Assembly (NCBI GenBank): GCA_041752715.1
Contig: JBGSVY010000252.1
Span: 2,960-66,959, forward strand
Length of the DNA stretch: 64,000 nucleotides
Origin: Hyphomonas sp.
GTDB lineage: Bacteria > Pseudomonadota > Alphaproteobacteria > Caulobacterales > Hyphomonadaceae
Reading direction: 5' to 3'
A program made the translations under genes and the position numbers. The stretch's first letter is position 1. Every line of letters starts with the position of its first letter. The notes under the pieces were generated by a model. The model had not been told where the DNA came from. It saw nothing but the letters and a program-made list of their open reading frames with translations, and ran no database searches. Shown one piece after another: positions 40,845 to 50,753 of the stretch.

Positions 40845-41108
40845 TCAGCCGGGCTGAGCGGCGTAGCGGAATGCAATCAGCTGGTCCAGCACCTTGCCGC
40901 GATGATTTTCTGGCACGGTCTTCTGTCCTATAAGCCACGCATAGACTTCCCAATCCGGCGTGGCGAGCAGACGCTCGAAAGCGTCGAGATCGGTTTCGCC
41001 AAATGCGTCGATGTGCAAATCTGCGAAACTGCCCATAAGCAGATCCATCTCCCGGAAACCCCGGCGCCAGGCCCGGAATCTCAATTTCTTGCGGCGTGTC
41101 TCGATCAT
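40845..41108 (-). CDS. sdhE: Succinate dehydrogenase assembly factor SdhE/Sdh5
   Basis: RRKKLRFRAWRRGFREMDL (RGxxE motif); position between recG and mfd. Confidence 0.9.
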   Translation of the reverse strand: MIETRRKKLRFRAWRRGFREMDLLMGSFADLHIDAFGETDLDAFERLLATPDWEVYAWLIGQKTVPENHRGKVLDQLIAFRYAAQPG

Positions 41109-41196
41109 ACGTCCATTATAGTGCTCACGTCCGCCTTGCATAGGCGACAGGCCGGGGCAGATTGCCCCGCCGTCCGGCGGCGATTAGACACATCAG

Positions 41197-43275
41197 ATGC
41201 GCGACGAACGCCTTTTTCCCCTGTTTGCGAACGTCGAAACGTTGACCGGCGTGGGCCCCAAACTTGCGCCTCAAATCGCACGGCTCACCGGCGGAGATAC
41301 GGTTTGGGATCTGCTGCTTCATTTGCCCGAACGTTGGATCGACCGGCGCGTTCGGAGCACTTTCGAGGCGGCACTGCCCGGCGAGATCGCAACGCTCCGG
41401 GGCGAGGTCCACGCCCATCACATCCCCTACTCTGACAAATCGCCATACCGCGTTCAGCTGTTTGACGGCACTGGCTTTCTCACACTGGCCTACTTCCGCG
41501 CGGATCCGCGTTGGATGAAAAGCCAGTTTCCGATCGGCGCCACGCGAATCGTGTCGGGCAAGATCGAGGATTTTCGCGGCGAACGGCAAATCACCCACCC
41601 GGATTTTGTTACCGATCCCGCCAAAGGAGACGGGCCTCCCGCTGTCGAGCCGGTCTATTCGTTAAGCGCAGGCCTGACGAACCGCCGCATTCATGCGCTC
41701 GCCGCACAAGCCGTCGGTCTGATCGCCAATGATTTGCCTGAATGGTGCGATGCGGCGCTGGTTCGCCAATCGAACTGGCCGGCGTTCAAGGCGGCCTTCT
41801 CTGCCCTGCACAATCCACTCTCCTATGACGAGGACGCTTTTGCGCGCGCGCGCGAACGCCTTGCTTATGACGAAGCGCTGGCGCGCGAATCGGCCTTTGC
41901 GCTCGCTCGAAAGGCCCGCGCTGCTCGACGCGCGCCAGAAATCCGCTACGACGCGAACGCCCAGTCGCGCCTGACCGCAGCCCTTCCCTACAGGCCCACG
42001 GGCGCTCAGCTCCGCGCCTTTGAGGACATTTCGTCCGACCTGGCGAAGGGTCACCCCATGCGCCGCCTTCTGCAAGGTGATGTCGGGGCGGGAAAGACCC
42101 TTGTTGCCGCCATGGCTGCTGTGCAGGCCGCCGCCAGCGGATACCAGTCCGCCTTCATGGCACCTACCGAAGTGCTTGCGCGTCAGCAATTCGAAGCGCT
42201 CGACCGGCTCTTCTCACCGCTCGGGTACCATGTTGCAGCATTGTCCGGGCGCGACAAGGGCGCCGCGCGCGAGGCGATCCTGATGGGCCTCGCCAGCGGG
42301 GATATCCAGATAATTGCTGGCACCCACGCGCTTTTTCAGGAAGCCGTCAACTTTCGCCAACTCGGCCTCATCATCGTCGACGAGCAGCACCGATTTGGTG
42401 TGTCAGACCGGATGCGTCTCGCTGGAAAGGCCGGCAGCCCACACATTCTGGTCATGAGCGCCACGCCGATACCGAGGACGCTCGCGCAAGCTGTTCATGG
42501 CGACCTTGACGTGTCGATCCTCGACGAGAAACCGGCGGGTCGCCGACCTGTTGAAACACGCGCGCTTCCTGATACGCGGCTGGACGAGGTCATCGACGCC
42601 GTCGGCCGGGCGATCAAACGGGGCGAGCGCGCCTTCTGGGTTTGTCCGCGTGTAGATGCAGACGATGACGACGCCTCCGCCGTCCAGCGCCAAGCCTCGC
42701 TAACCAAGATCCTGCGCGTGCCCATCGGCCTCGTGCACGGCAGGCTCAGACCAGCCGAAAAGGACGCCGCGCTGGAAGCCTTCCGGACGGGCAAATCACA
42801 GATACTCGTCGCAACCACGGTCATCGAGGTGGGTGTCGATGTCCCCGACGCGACGATCATGGTCATCGAGCGCGCCGAGGGCTTCGGCCTAGCCCAGGTG
42901 CATCAATTGCGGGGACGAGTCGGGCGCGGCGCGCGGCCATCTTTCTGCCTGCTCGTTTACCGGCCCCCACTCGGCGATGCCGCGCGTGCGCGTCTCGATA
43001 AACTGCGTCACACCGAGAACGGCTTTGAAATCGCCGAGGCGGATTTCCAGCTGCGGGGCTCGGGCGACGTTCTGGGAGTCCGGCAAGCCGGAGAAGCCGG
43101 TTACCGGATCGTTGACCTGCCCCGGCATGCCGGTCTGCTGGATATTGCACGCCGGGACATTGGCTTTGTCATCGCCGCCGATCCCATGCTCGTGGGTGAG
43201 CGGGCCCAGGCCATCCGGCTCGCCCGCGAGCTCTTGACGCCAAGACTGCCGGCAACCGCAGAGGCGCAAAGCTGA
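41197..43275 (+). CDS. recG: ATP-dependent DNA helicase RecG
   Basis: [36 protein letters not shown]. Confidence 0.97.
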   Translation: MRDERLFPLFANVETLTGVGPKLAPQIARLTGGDTVWDLLLHLPERWIDRRVRSTFEAALPGEIATLRGEVHAHHIPYSDKSPYRVQLFDGTGFLTLAYFRADPRWMKSQFPIGATRIVSGKIEDFRGERQITHPDFVTDPAKGDGPPAVEPVYSLSAGLTNRRIHALAAQAVGLIANDLPEWCDAALVRQSNWPAFKAAFSALHNPLSYDEDAFARARERLAYDEALARESAFALARKARAARRAPEIRYDANAQSRLTAALPYRPTGAQLRAFEDISSDLAKGHPMRRLLQGDVGAGKTLVAAMAAVQAAASGYQSAFMAPTEVLARQQFEALDRLFSPLGYHVAALSGRDKGAAREAILMGLASGDIQIIAGTHALFQEAVNFRQLGLIIVDEQHRFGVSDRMRLAGKAGSPHILVMSATPIPRTLAQAVHGDLDVSILDEKPAGRRPVETRALPDTRLDEVIDAVGRAIKRGERAFWVCPRVDADDDDASAVQRQASLTKILRVPIGLVHGRLRPAEKDAALEAFRTGKSQILVATTVIEVGVDVPDATIMVIERAEGFGLAQVHQLRGRVGRGARPSFCLLVYRPPLGDAARARLDKLRHTENGFEIAEADFQLRGSGDVLGVRQAGEAGYRIVDLPRHAGLLDIARRDIGFVIAADPMLVGERAQAIRLARELLTPRLPATAEAQS

Positions 43276-43276
43276 T

Positions 43277-43993
43277 CTATTTCGCGGCGACGGGCTCACC
43301 CTTCGACGGCGGTAGTGCGGCAGGCCAATCGGGTATGACGAGGCCAGCCGAAAAAATGACCTTGGCGCCCTCCTCGACTGTCATGTCCATGCGGATAACG
43401 TCGCTCTCTTTGCAATAGAGCAGGAAACCCGACGTCGGGTTCGGAGTCGTGGGAACGAAAACGCCAATGATGTCATCACCGATCCGTGCCCGCATCTCTC
43501 CCTTCGCGCTGCCCGAAACGAACCCGATCGCCCAACTGCCCGCCATGGGATATTGCACCATCACGACTTCTTTGAACTGATCTCGACTATCATTGTTGGC
43601 GAAGACATCGACCACTTGTTTCAAGATTGAATAGATCGACCGCACGAAGGGAACACGGAGGAGAATTCGGTCGCTGAGCGCTACGAAATACCGCCCGAGA
43701 AAGTTCGTCGTGACGGCCCCCAGAAGGGTGAGGAATATGACCAGGACGATCAGTCCCAATCCCGGCACCGCATAATCTATGTACGTCTCTGGCCGCAGCG
43801 CGGGCGGCAGCAGAGGCACAACACGCTTGTCGATCTCGTCGATAAGCCATCGCAGGAGAAGGAAGGTTACAACAACGGGAAGCGCAAGAAACATTCCGGC
43901 GACAAAGCGAGATCTCAACCAGGCCATCACGCTCTGCTTCGGCGGCGGGACCACCTCGGCAATTCCGAAATCAGGTCTGTCTTTCTGAGTCAT
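43277..43993 (-). CDS. DUF502 membrane protein
   Basis: Two TM segments; FVPTTPNPTSGF, MTVEEG motifs. Confidence 0.9.
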   Translation of the reverse strand: MTQKDRPDFGIAEVVPPPKQSVMAWLRSRFVAGMFLALPVVVTFLLLRWLIDEIDKRVVPLLPPALRPETYIDYAVPGLGLIVLVIFLTLLGAVTTNFLGRYFVALSDRILLRVPFVRSIYSILKQVVDVFANNDSRDQFKEVVMVQYPMAGSWAIGFVSGSAKGEMRARIGDDIIGVFVPTTPNPTSGFLLYCKESDVIRMDMTVEEGAKVIFSAGLVIPDWPAALPPSKGEPVAAK

Positions 43994-44068
43994 ATTGGTT
44001 CCCCGGCTTCAAGCCTTCCTCAGCGTTACTGCTTGGCGCGCTTCTTTTTCCGCGCAATTGTGGCGGAG

Positions 44069-45079
44069 ATGGGAAGCAGTGACCAGATCGAAAAGGCGCT
44101 CGTCGCGTGGGCACAATCGTGTTTCGGCGCCGACGCGGGCGTGAGCAGCTTGAAGCGGCTGTCCGGCGGGGCAAGCCAGGAGACGTGGGCATTCGATTTA
44201 ATCCGCGCGGGGAGTGTCGACAAATTGATTCTCCGCCGGGCGCCGGGGGGCGGTTCAGCGGCCCGAAATTCGGAAGCGATCGGGCTTGCGACGGAGGCCA
44301 GACTGTTAGGCGCAGCAGGCGCCGCAGGTGTTCCCGTTCCGCGCGTGGTTCATGTCTCGCCAGCTGGCAGTGCCCTCGGCGAGGCCTTCATTATGGAACG
44401 CGTCGAGGGTGAAACAATTGCCCGCAAGATTTTGCGGGATCAGGTTTTTGAGACCGCCCGGCCAGCATTGGCAGCCCAATGCGGAAAGGCGCTGGCCGGC
44501 ATTCACGCGATGCCTGTAGATACCTTACCCGCCTTGCCTGTCAGCCGAGGACGAGACCAGATCGAAAAATACGAGACGATCTTTCGTGGTTTCGATCTGC
44601 CCCGGCCCGTCTTCGAGCTTGCGTTCCGGTGGTTGAAGGACAACGCGCCAGAACCGCTGCCAGCGGTTCTCGTCCATGGAGACTTCCGCCTCGGGAATCT
44701 CATTGTCGGGCCCGATGGGCTCAATTCGGTGCTTGACTGGGAACTCGCGCATTTGGGTGATCCTCGAGAAGATCTTGCCTGGCTTTGCGTCAATTCATGG
44801 CGATTCGGACAGAGCGAACGAAGGGTCGGCGGGTTCGGATATCTAGAAGACCTCCTCGGCGCCTACGCCGCTGCAGGGGGCGCCACGGTCAAGACGCAGG
44901 ACATCGATTGGTGGGAAATTCTCGGGAGCCTCAAATGGGGAGTCATGTGCATGATCATGTACAGTTCCTTCAAGACCAACGCCGACCCGAGCGTTGAGCG
45001 GGCAGCAATCGGCCGGCGGGTATCGGAGACCGAGATCGACCTCATCAACTTGCTAGAGGGCAAATCCGGACATGCATGA
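44069..45079 (+). CDS. Phosphotransferase (APH-like) family protein
   Basis: GGASQETW, HGDFRLGN, DWELAHLGDP. Confidence 0.9.
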   Translation: MGSSDQIEKALVAWAQSCFGADAGVSSLKRLSGGASQETWAFDLIRAGSVDKLILRRAPGGGSAARNSEAIGLATEARLLGAAGAAGVPVPRVVHVSPAGSALGEAFIMERVEGETIARKILRDQVFETARPALAAQCGKALAGIHAMPVDTLPALPVSRGRDQIEKYETIFRGFDLPRPVFELAFRWLKDNAPEPLPAVLVHGDFRLGNLIVGPDGLNSVLDWELAHLGDPREDLAWLCVNSWRFGQSERRVGGFGYLEDLLGAYAAAGGATVKTQDIDWWEILGSLKWGVMCMIMYSSFKTNADPSVERAAIGRRVSETEIDLINLLEGKSGHA

Positions 45080-45446
45080 TGCACCCTCTGCCCGTGAACT
45101 CGTCGCCGCCGTGAAAGCCTTCATAGACGACACCGCAATCCCACAATTGACGGGGCATTCCGCCTTCCACGCACGCGTCGCTTCGAACGCGCTGGCCACG
45201 GTGATACGGGAACTCGATCAACGTCCGGTGAGCGAAGCTGAGGAGATCGCGCGGTTACAGGACCTGCTCGGTGACCGATCAACGGCGAGCGCGACACACC
45301 TCAACGCGCAGCTTTGCTCAGCCATTCGTTCAGGTGACGTCTCGCTTGCGACGCCGGGTGTGCTGTCGCATCTAAAATCGACCACAATTGCGCAGTTGTC
45401 TATTGATCAGCCAGGCTATTCGGGTCTGTCGAAACCACACGAATGA
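45072..45446 (+). CDS. Small hypothetical protein coupled to the APH gene (DUF6285-like)
   Basis: MHDAPSARELV, FHARVASNAL, IDQPGY; overlaps the APH stop. Confidence 0.7.
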   Translation: MHDAPSARELVAAVKAFIDDTAIPQLTGHSAFHARVASNALATVIRELDQRPVSEAEEIARLQDLLGDRSTASATHLNAQLCSAIRSGDVSLATPGVLSHLKSTTIAQLSIDQPGYSGLSKPHE

Positions 45447-45449
45447 ACC

Positions 45450-46286
45450 ATGAATCGGCTTATCGCACTCGGATTCTCGATCTTGGTTCTCGCGATGAGC
45501 GCAGCTGTGTGGCTTTGGCTTTCCCGCAGTTCCCCTGAAGCACCAGCAGCGCCCCTGCCAGAGCTGGACTATGCAACATCCGAAGCCTGGGCAACCCGCC
45601 CCATCGCCCAGCCCGCGGCCGTGTGGGAAGGCGGCTGGGCAATCGACGTCCTTCTTGTTCTGGACGCCGCAGCGCGCGTGCCTGCACCCCTCAAATCAAT
45701 GGCCGCGCAGGAGGGCGAGGCAATCGACGCCGCCACTAGTCTGGGCCAGGGGCTTTCAACGATCGGGCCGGTTTATGCGCCCTTCTATTCAAAAGACGCG
45801 TTTAGCGCTGACATCGCAAGGGCCTTCGAAGCGTATCTCGCCAGCGACAATCGCGGTCGCGCCTTTATATTCGCAACTGATCGGGCCTTGCCTGAAGCAC
45901 TTGTGGAAACACTCAATGCCGACACAATGCTCCGTGAACGGTTTGGCGGCATTATCCGGCTCTCCCCGACTGCCGATCCAAACAAGCAGTTCGAAGTATT
46001 CGCCGATGGGACAGACCCAGCCGCGTACTGCCCCGATCGATCGGAAATCCCCCCCGGGTGCGTCGCAAGTGTGCTCACAAAGCGCAAGAGCGGACGCCGT
46101 GTCATCGCCGATGCACCACCTATCGGCGGAATTGTAACGGACGGCTTCCTTGACTGGCTGGAAACAAACGCCGTCCAACTCGCCGAACCACTCGGCGAAC
46201 TCGAAGAAGTCGAGATTGTTGAAATACGTCGTCCCGGCGAGACAGACCCCGATGCCGACGCGGACCGGGAGCCCGCCCCGCCCTGA
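45450..46286 (+). CDS. Membrane-anchored hypothetical protein, DUF3089-like and degenerate
   Basis: N-terminal TM; DYA...WA.RP, VYAPFY, DIARAFEAYL..DNRGRAF resemble DUF3089. Confidence 0.55.
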   Translation: MNRLIALGFSILVLAMSAAVWLWLSRSSPEAPAAPLPELDYATSEAWATRPIAQPAAVWEGGWAIDVLLVLDAAARVPAPLKSMAAQEGEAIDAATSLGQGLSTIGPVYAPFYSKDAFSADIARAFEAYLASDNRGRAFIFATDRALPEALVETLNADTMLRERFGGIIRLSPTADPNKQFEVFADGTDPAAYCPDRSEIPPGCVASVLTKRKSGRRVIADAPPIGGIVTDGFLDWLETNAVQLAEPLGELEEVEIVEIRRPGETDPDADADREPAPP

Positions 46287-46289
46287 ACC

Positions 46290-46925
46290 TCAGCCTTTTT
46301 GCTGGGCGTCCGGAGCGGCTCTTAGAAATGCATCAATTGAACGACAGGTCGCATCGACGTCGACGAGACGCGGGAAACCCGTCAAATCTGTCTCAAATCG
46401 CCGCGCATTCGCCATCTGAGGCACCAGCACGACGTCCGCAAGCGTCGGGCTTGCACCAAAAGCGAATGGGCCCGTCTCCGAGACGAGGCGCTCAAGAACC
46501 TCAAACCCCCGCAAGATCCAGTCATGGTACCAGGACGTCACCGCCGCTGGATCTGCACCAAACCGATTTCGCAAAACCGCGAGCGGGCTCAGATTGTTGA
46601 GGGGATGAATATCGCAGGCGATGATGTCCATGAATTCGCGGACCTTCAGACGCTTCCACGGATCACTTGGCAAAAGCTGCGGCGCTGGAAATGTCTCGTC
46701 AATCCACTCAAGGATCGCCATCGACTGGCCTGCGATTCTGCCATCGACGTCAATCGACGGTACCCGCATCTGGGGATTCACCCGCCTGTAGGCGTCCGAA
46801 AACTGCTCGTCTGCACCCGGCGCAATATTGATCGGAATGCTTTCAAAGGACACACCCTTGAGATTGAGTGCGATCCGCACGCGATAAGCTGCAGACGAGC
46901 GCCAATAATCGTAGAGCCTGATCAC
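46290..46925 (-). CDS. maiA: Maleylacetoacetate isomerase (GST zeta)
   Basis: YWRSSAAYRVRIALNLKG, DIHPLNNL. Confidence 0.93.
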   Translation of the reverse strand: MIRLYDYWRSSAAYRVRIALNLKGVSFESIPINIAPGADEQFSDAYRRVNPQMRVPSIDVDGRIAGQSMAILEWIDETFPAPQLLPSDPWKRLKVREFMDIIACDIHPLNNLSPLAVLRNRFGADPAAVTSWYHDWILRGFEVLERLVSETGPFAFGASPTLADVVLVPQMANARRFETDLTGFPRLVDVDATCRSIDAFLRAAPDAQQKG

Positions 46926-48244
46926 TTCAGATACCCCAGATCAACAATGTCCAAAAGACTTTCGCGCGCCGCACGGCATTCATCGGCAAACTCCGGATCT
47001 GCCAGATCGGCCGCACACAGACGGTCACGATAGGTCTTGGCAATGGCGGCTTGCAAGGCATCAATCTTGCTCTCGTCAAGCAATGTGCCCTGGTGACAGG
47101 CGTCGATTTCCTCAATCGTCATGGCCACCCTGAGACGAAGGCAAGCTGGCCCACCTCCATTTCGCATGGACTCGCGCACATCGACGAACATAACGCGTCC
47201 TATCGGCCCGTTTCCCTGCGTCAGCTTTTCGCAAAAGTTACGCGTCGACGCCGTCTCATAGGTCTCTTGCGGCGCAACGAGGACGAGGCGCTCTTCACCC
47301 GGGAACGCGAGCAGTTGCGAGTTGAATAGATAAGCCCTGATCGCGTCCGCGAGGGGAACCTCATCTTCGCGGACGATAATCGACTTCAAGTCGAAGAGAC
47401 CCTCAGCTGCACGACTGATATCCAAAAGGAGACTTGCTGTGTCTTCAAAGGCATGCTCGTGGAAGAACAATGTGTCCAATGCGCCAACACACACCACGTC
47501 ATTGTGAAAGGCGCCCGCTGCAATTGCTCGCGCGGACTGGCGCGCGAAGACCGTTCGTTCAGGTTTGAGTCCATGGCCTCGCGCGATTGCTTCGGCGGCT
47601 TCGCGGGTCTGACGCGCCGGAAAGCCCGCTATCGAATCTCCGAATTCACGTCCGTAAACAAACAATTCAATTCCTGGCGCTCCATGCTCGGCACACAAGC
47701 GCACATGATTTGCGGCGCCCTCGTCGGCAAAGTCAGCGTGCATCGGCAGGGCACCATGTACCGCGAAGCGCGCATCCTCAGCAAAGACCGAAATCAATGT
47801 GGACGTCGTATCGGGATGCTCAAGGCTTCGATGCAGCATCGTTGACAGGTTTGCGGGGGTGAAGTGAAGGCGCCCATCGAAAGTGTCCGCAGACGGAGAA
47901 ACGGTCGCAGCGTTCGCTGTCCACATGCTACTCGCAGAATAGGCGGCTTTCAACAATCGCGGGGCTTTCTTTGCCGCAGCGGCGATGATCTCCCGATCGG
48001 AACCTCGAAAGCCCGCCCCAACAAGCAAATCGAAATTCGGTCGCGGCAGGGGCGGAAAAATGCCCTGGACGAGCCCCGCGCGCACCAATCGGCGCATCTT
48101 TTCGAGGCCCTCGTGTGCTGCCTGGCGCGGATTGGAAACCTCACCTGCATTGGCAGTGCTCGCAAGATTGCCATCAGACAAACCGCCATAGTTGTGACTC
48201 GGACCGATCAGCCCATCAAAATTAACTTCAAGGGCATCGCTCAT
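46922..48244 (-). CDS. astB: N-succinylarginine dihydrolase
   Basis: EVNFDGLIGPSHNY, SMWTANAAT, DEGAANH, FHNDV, SMRNGGGPACLRLRV. Confidence 0.97.
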   Translation of the reverse strand: MSDALEVNFDGLIGPSHNYGGLSDGNLASTANAGEVSNPRQAAHEGLEKMRRLVRAGLVQGIFPPLPRPNFDLLVGAGFRGSDREIIAAAAKKAPRLLKAAYSASSMWTANAATVSPSADTFDGRLHFTPANLSTMLHRSLEHPDTTSTLISVFAEDARFAVHGALPMHADFADEGAANHVRLCAEHGAPGIELFVYGREFGDSIAGFPARQTREAAEAIARGHGLKPERTVFARQSARAIAAGAFHNDVVCVGALDTLFFHEHAFEDTASLLLDISRAAEGLFDLKSIIVREDEVPLADAIRAYLFNSQLLAFPGEERLVLVAPQETYETASTRNFCEKLTQGNGPIGRVMFVDVRESMRNGGGPACLRLRVAMTIEEIDACHQGTLLDESKIDALQAAIAKTYRDRLCAADLADPEFADECRAARESLLDIVDLGYLK

Positions 48245-48257
48245 GAACGTCATCTCT

Positions 48258-49715
48258 TCAGGATGGAAAGCCGGGCGCAGTCATGCGTGTTGCGATCGGT
48301 GCGATCTGGCTTGCCTGCGGCCAGGCACAGTAATCAGCCGCGTAATATGCGCCCGGGCGGAAATTGCCCGAAAGCCCAGGCCCACCGAACGGCATAGACC
48401 CACTCGCCCCCGCCGTCGGCCGGTTGCGATTGAGAACACCTGCGCGCAGGTCGATTTTCACACGTTCCCAGCGCGCATCATCGTCACAGACAAGCCCGCC
48501 AGCCAGCCCGAACCGTGTTGCATTCGCCGCGTCGATCGCCGCGTCAAAATCCCGGACCCTTACGATCTGAAGCAGGGGGCCGAAGAGTTCTTCATCTGCA
48601 ACGCCCGATGCGTCCGTTACATCAACGAGCCCCGGCGATACAAAGCCGAGCGCCTCATCCCGCATAGTCAGTTCAAGGATCGTTCGCCCACCTGCTGAAA
48701 TCAGCGCCTCCTGGAACCTTATTGCCTGGTGCCCCGCTTTCGCCGAAACGAGGGGGCCCATGAAAATGTCCGGGTCATTCCACGCGCCAATACGCAAGCC
48801 TTGTGCACGCGCCTTGACGGCTTCAATCACCGCATCACCGAACGGCCCGGCGGGCAGGATAAGGCGCCGCGCGCATGAACAGCGTTGACCTGTCGTCAGG
48901 AAGGCCGATTGCGCAGCGATGTCAGCCGCCGCGTCCACGTCGGCAGGGTCCCAGATAATCAGAGGATTGTTGCCGCCCATTTCAAGCGCAAGGATGATGT
49001 CCGGACGCCCTGCAAAATGCCGGTGGAAAAAGATGCCCGTCTGAGCAGATCCGGTGAACAACAGGCCGTTGATATCCGCCTGCAACAGGGCGGCGCCAGT
49101 CTCATGTCCGCCATGAACAATGTTGACGCAACCCGCAGGCAAACCGGCTGCCGCGAAGGCATCAGCCATGATGGCGGCAACGCTCGGCGCAAGCTCGGAA
49201 GGTTTGAAGACACACGTATTGCCGGCGAGCAGGGCTGGAACGATGTGGCCATTGGGCAAATGCCCGGGAAAATTGAATGGACCGAAGACCGCCATCACCC
49301 CATGCGGGCGATGGTTGAGTCTGGCCGCCCCAAAAGCGGCCATCTCATGGCGCTCGCCAGCCCGCTCAGTCTGGGCTGCGATCGAGATCGCAATCTTCGC
49401 TTTCATCGTCGCGGCTTCGGCCCGCGAGTCCCAAAGGGCTTTGCCCATGTCCCGGCTGATTGCGACCGCGATGTCCTCGGCACGCTTGCCAATTTCCTCC
49501 GCATACTGCGTAAGGATAGATACGCGGTCTGCCAGAGGCACCCTCGACCAGTCCGTAAAAGCATCGCGTGCCGATGAAACGGCTGCTGCCACATCGCCAG
49601 CATTCGCTGCCCTGCCCGACCAGCTAACGTCGCCAGTCGCCGGACAGGTCTTGTTAAACGCCTCGCCCAGCCCCGCGCGCCAGACATTGCCGATCAGAAT
49701 ACCCGGTGACATCAT
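48258..49715 (-). CDS. astD: Succinylglutamate-semialdehyde dehydrogenase
   Basis: GPFNFPGHLPNGH, LEMGGNNP, GQRCSCARR, YAADYCAWP. Confidence 0.95.
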   Translation of the reverse strand: MMSPGILIGNVWRAGLGEAFNKTCPATGDVSWSGRAANAGDVAAAVSSARDAFTDWSRVPLADRVSILTQYAEEIGKRAEDIAVAISRDMGKALWDSRAEAATMKAKIAISIAAQTERAGERHEMAAFGAARLNHRPHGVMAVFGPFNFPGHLPNGHIVPALLAGNTCVFKPSELAPSVAAIMADAFAAAGLPAGCVNIVHGGHETGAALLQADINGLLFTGSAQTGIFFHRHFAGRPDIILALEMGGNNPLIIWDPADVDAAADIAAQSAFLTTGQRCSCARRLILPAGPFGDAVIEAVKARAQGLRIGAWNDPDIFMGPLVSAKAGHQAIRFQEALISAGGRTILELTMRDEALGFVSPGLVDVTDASGVADEELFGPLLQIVRVRDFDAAIDAANATRFGLAGGLVCDDDARWERVKIDLRAGVLNRNRPTAGASGSMPFGGPGLSGNFRPGAYYAADYCAWPQASQIAPIATRMTAPGFPS

Positions 49716-50752
49716 TTCGTCCTTACCCAAACGCGTGCATCTGCGCCGGGTTTGATATCCAGCATCTCAAAGACATCGGGTGCCGCCACCGCAGTATCGT
49801 CACCCTGCAAGAGAACCTGGCCAAGCGAGACCCGGAAATTGTCGAGCCGATCCGTCGACACGAGGCCCTCGCGCGATCCGGGTTCTGAATATACGTCACC
49901 GGCGCGCAACCTGACTTTCCGGCTCTCACTGATCGTCCTGATGTGGCGGCGCTGTGTCGCGACAAGCGGACCGCCATCGAAAATGTCGACGGTCCGGTCG
50001 AAATCGAAACCTTCCCACTGCAAGAGCTTGTAGGCTCCGACACCATCAGCGTGGCATCGGCCGATCACTTCGCGTGCCTCCGGCGGCAGCAGATCGACAT
50101 AAATCGGATATCTTGGCATCAGGTCGACGATAAACTGATTATCCGTGGTCGCCGACAGGCGGTCTGCCTCTGCGAAATCCATTCGGAAGAAATGCCTTCC
50201 GAGACATTCCCAGAAAGGCGACACGCCAGAATCGTCAACAACCCCGCGCAATTCCGCGAGAACGTGATCACCAAACCGGTCTGGAGCCGCCGCCATCAGC
50301 AAGTAGCGTGATTGTGCCGCAAGCCGGCCCGCTCCCCCGCCCCGATGTTCCGGGCGAAGGAACAAGGTTCCGACCTCGGTATACCCGACATATTCGTTCG
50401 TCAGCACAAGGGCGTCCATGTCGAATCGCATATTGCCCGCCGCGTGGCTTGCCTGCGCCAGCGTGATCACCCGGTAATTGAAGAAGGGTTGGTCGATGCC
50501 GGTGCCCGCCTTCACCGCGGAGCACCCCACCACATTCCCGGTCGGCGCATGCTCCAGCATCAGGAGATACTTGCCGTACTGAAGCCGCGGCTGACGCGCG
50601 TCGAAGGCGCACACGGACTTTTCCAACCGCTCACGGAGGATCGGCTCGTCAACCGGCAAACTCGTAAAGCCAGGTCCCGATAATTCCGCAAGCTCCGTCA
50701 GCGCATCGAGGTCAGCTGGCCTTGCTGGCCGCATCACGTAAGGGCTCGCCAT
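49712..50752 (-). CDS. astA: Arginine N-succinyltransferase
   Basis: GFTSLP, EVGTLFL, LAELRG, SPFW, PIYVDLL, VDIFDGGP. Confidence 0.95.
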   Translation of the reverse strand: MASPYVMRPARPADLDALTELAELSGPGFTSLPVDEPILRERLEKSVCAFDARQPRLQYGKYLLMLEHAPTGNVVGCSAVKAGTGIDQPFFNYRVITLAQASHAAGNMRFDMDALVLTNEYVGYTEVGTLFLRPEHRGGGAGRLAAQSRYLLMAAAPDRFGDHVLAELRGVVDDSGVSPFWECLGRHFFRMDFAEADRLSATTDNQFIVDLMPRYPIYVDLLPPEAREVIGRCHADGVGAYKLLQWEGFDFDRTVDIFDGGPLVATQRRHIRTISESRKVRLRAGDVYSEPGSREGLVSTDRLDNFRVSLGQVLLQGDDTAVAAPDVFEMLDIKPGADARVWVRTK

Positions 50753-50753
50753 G

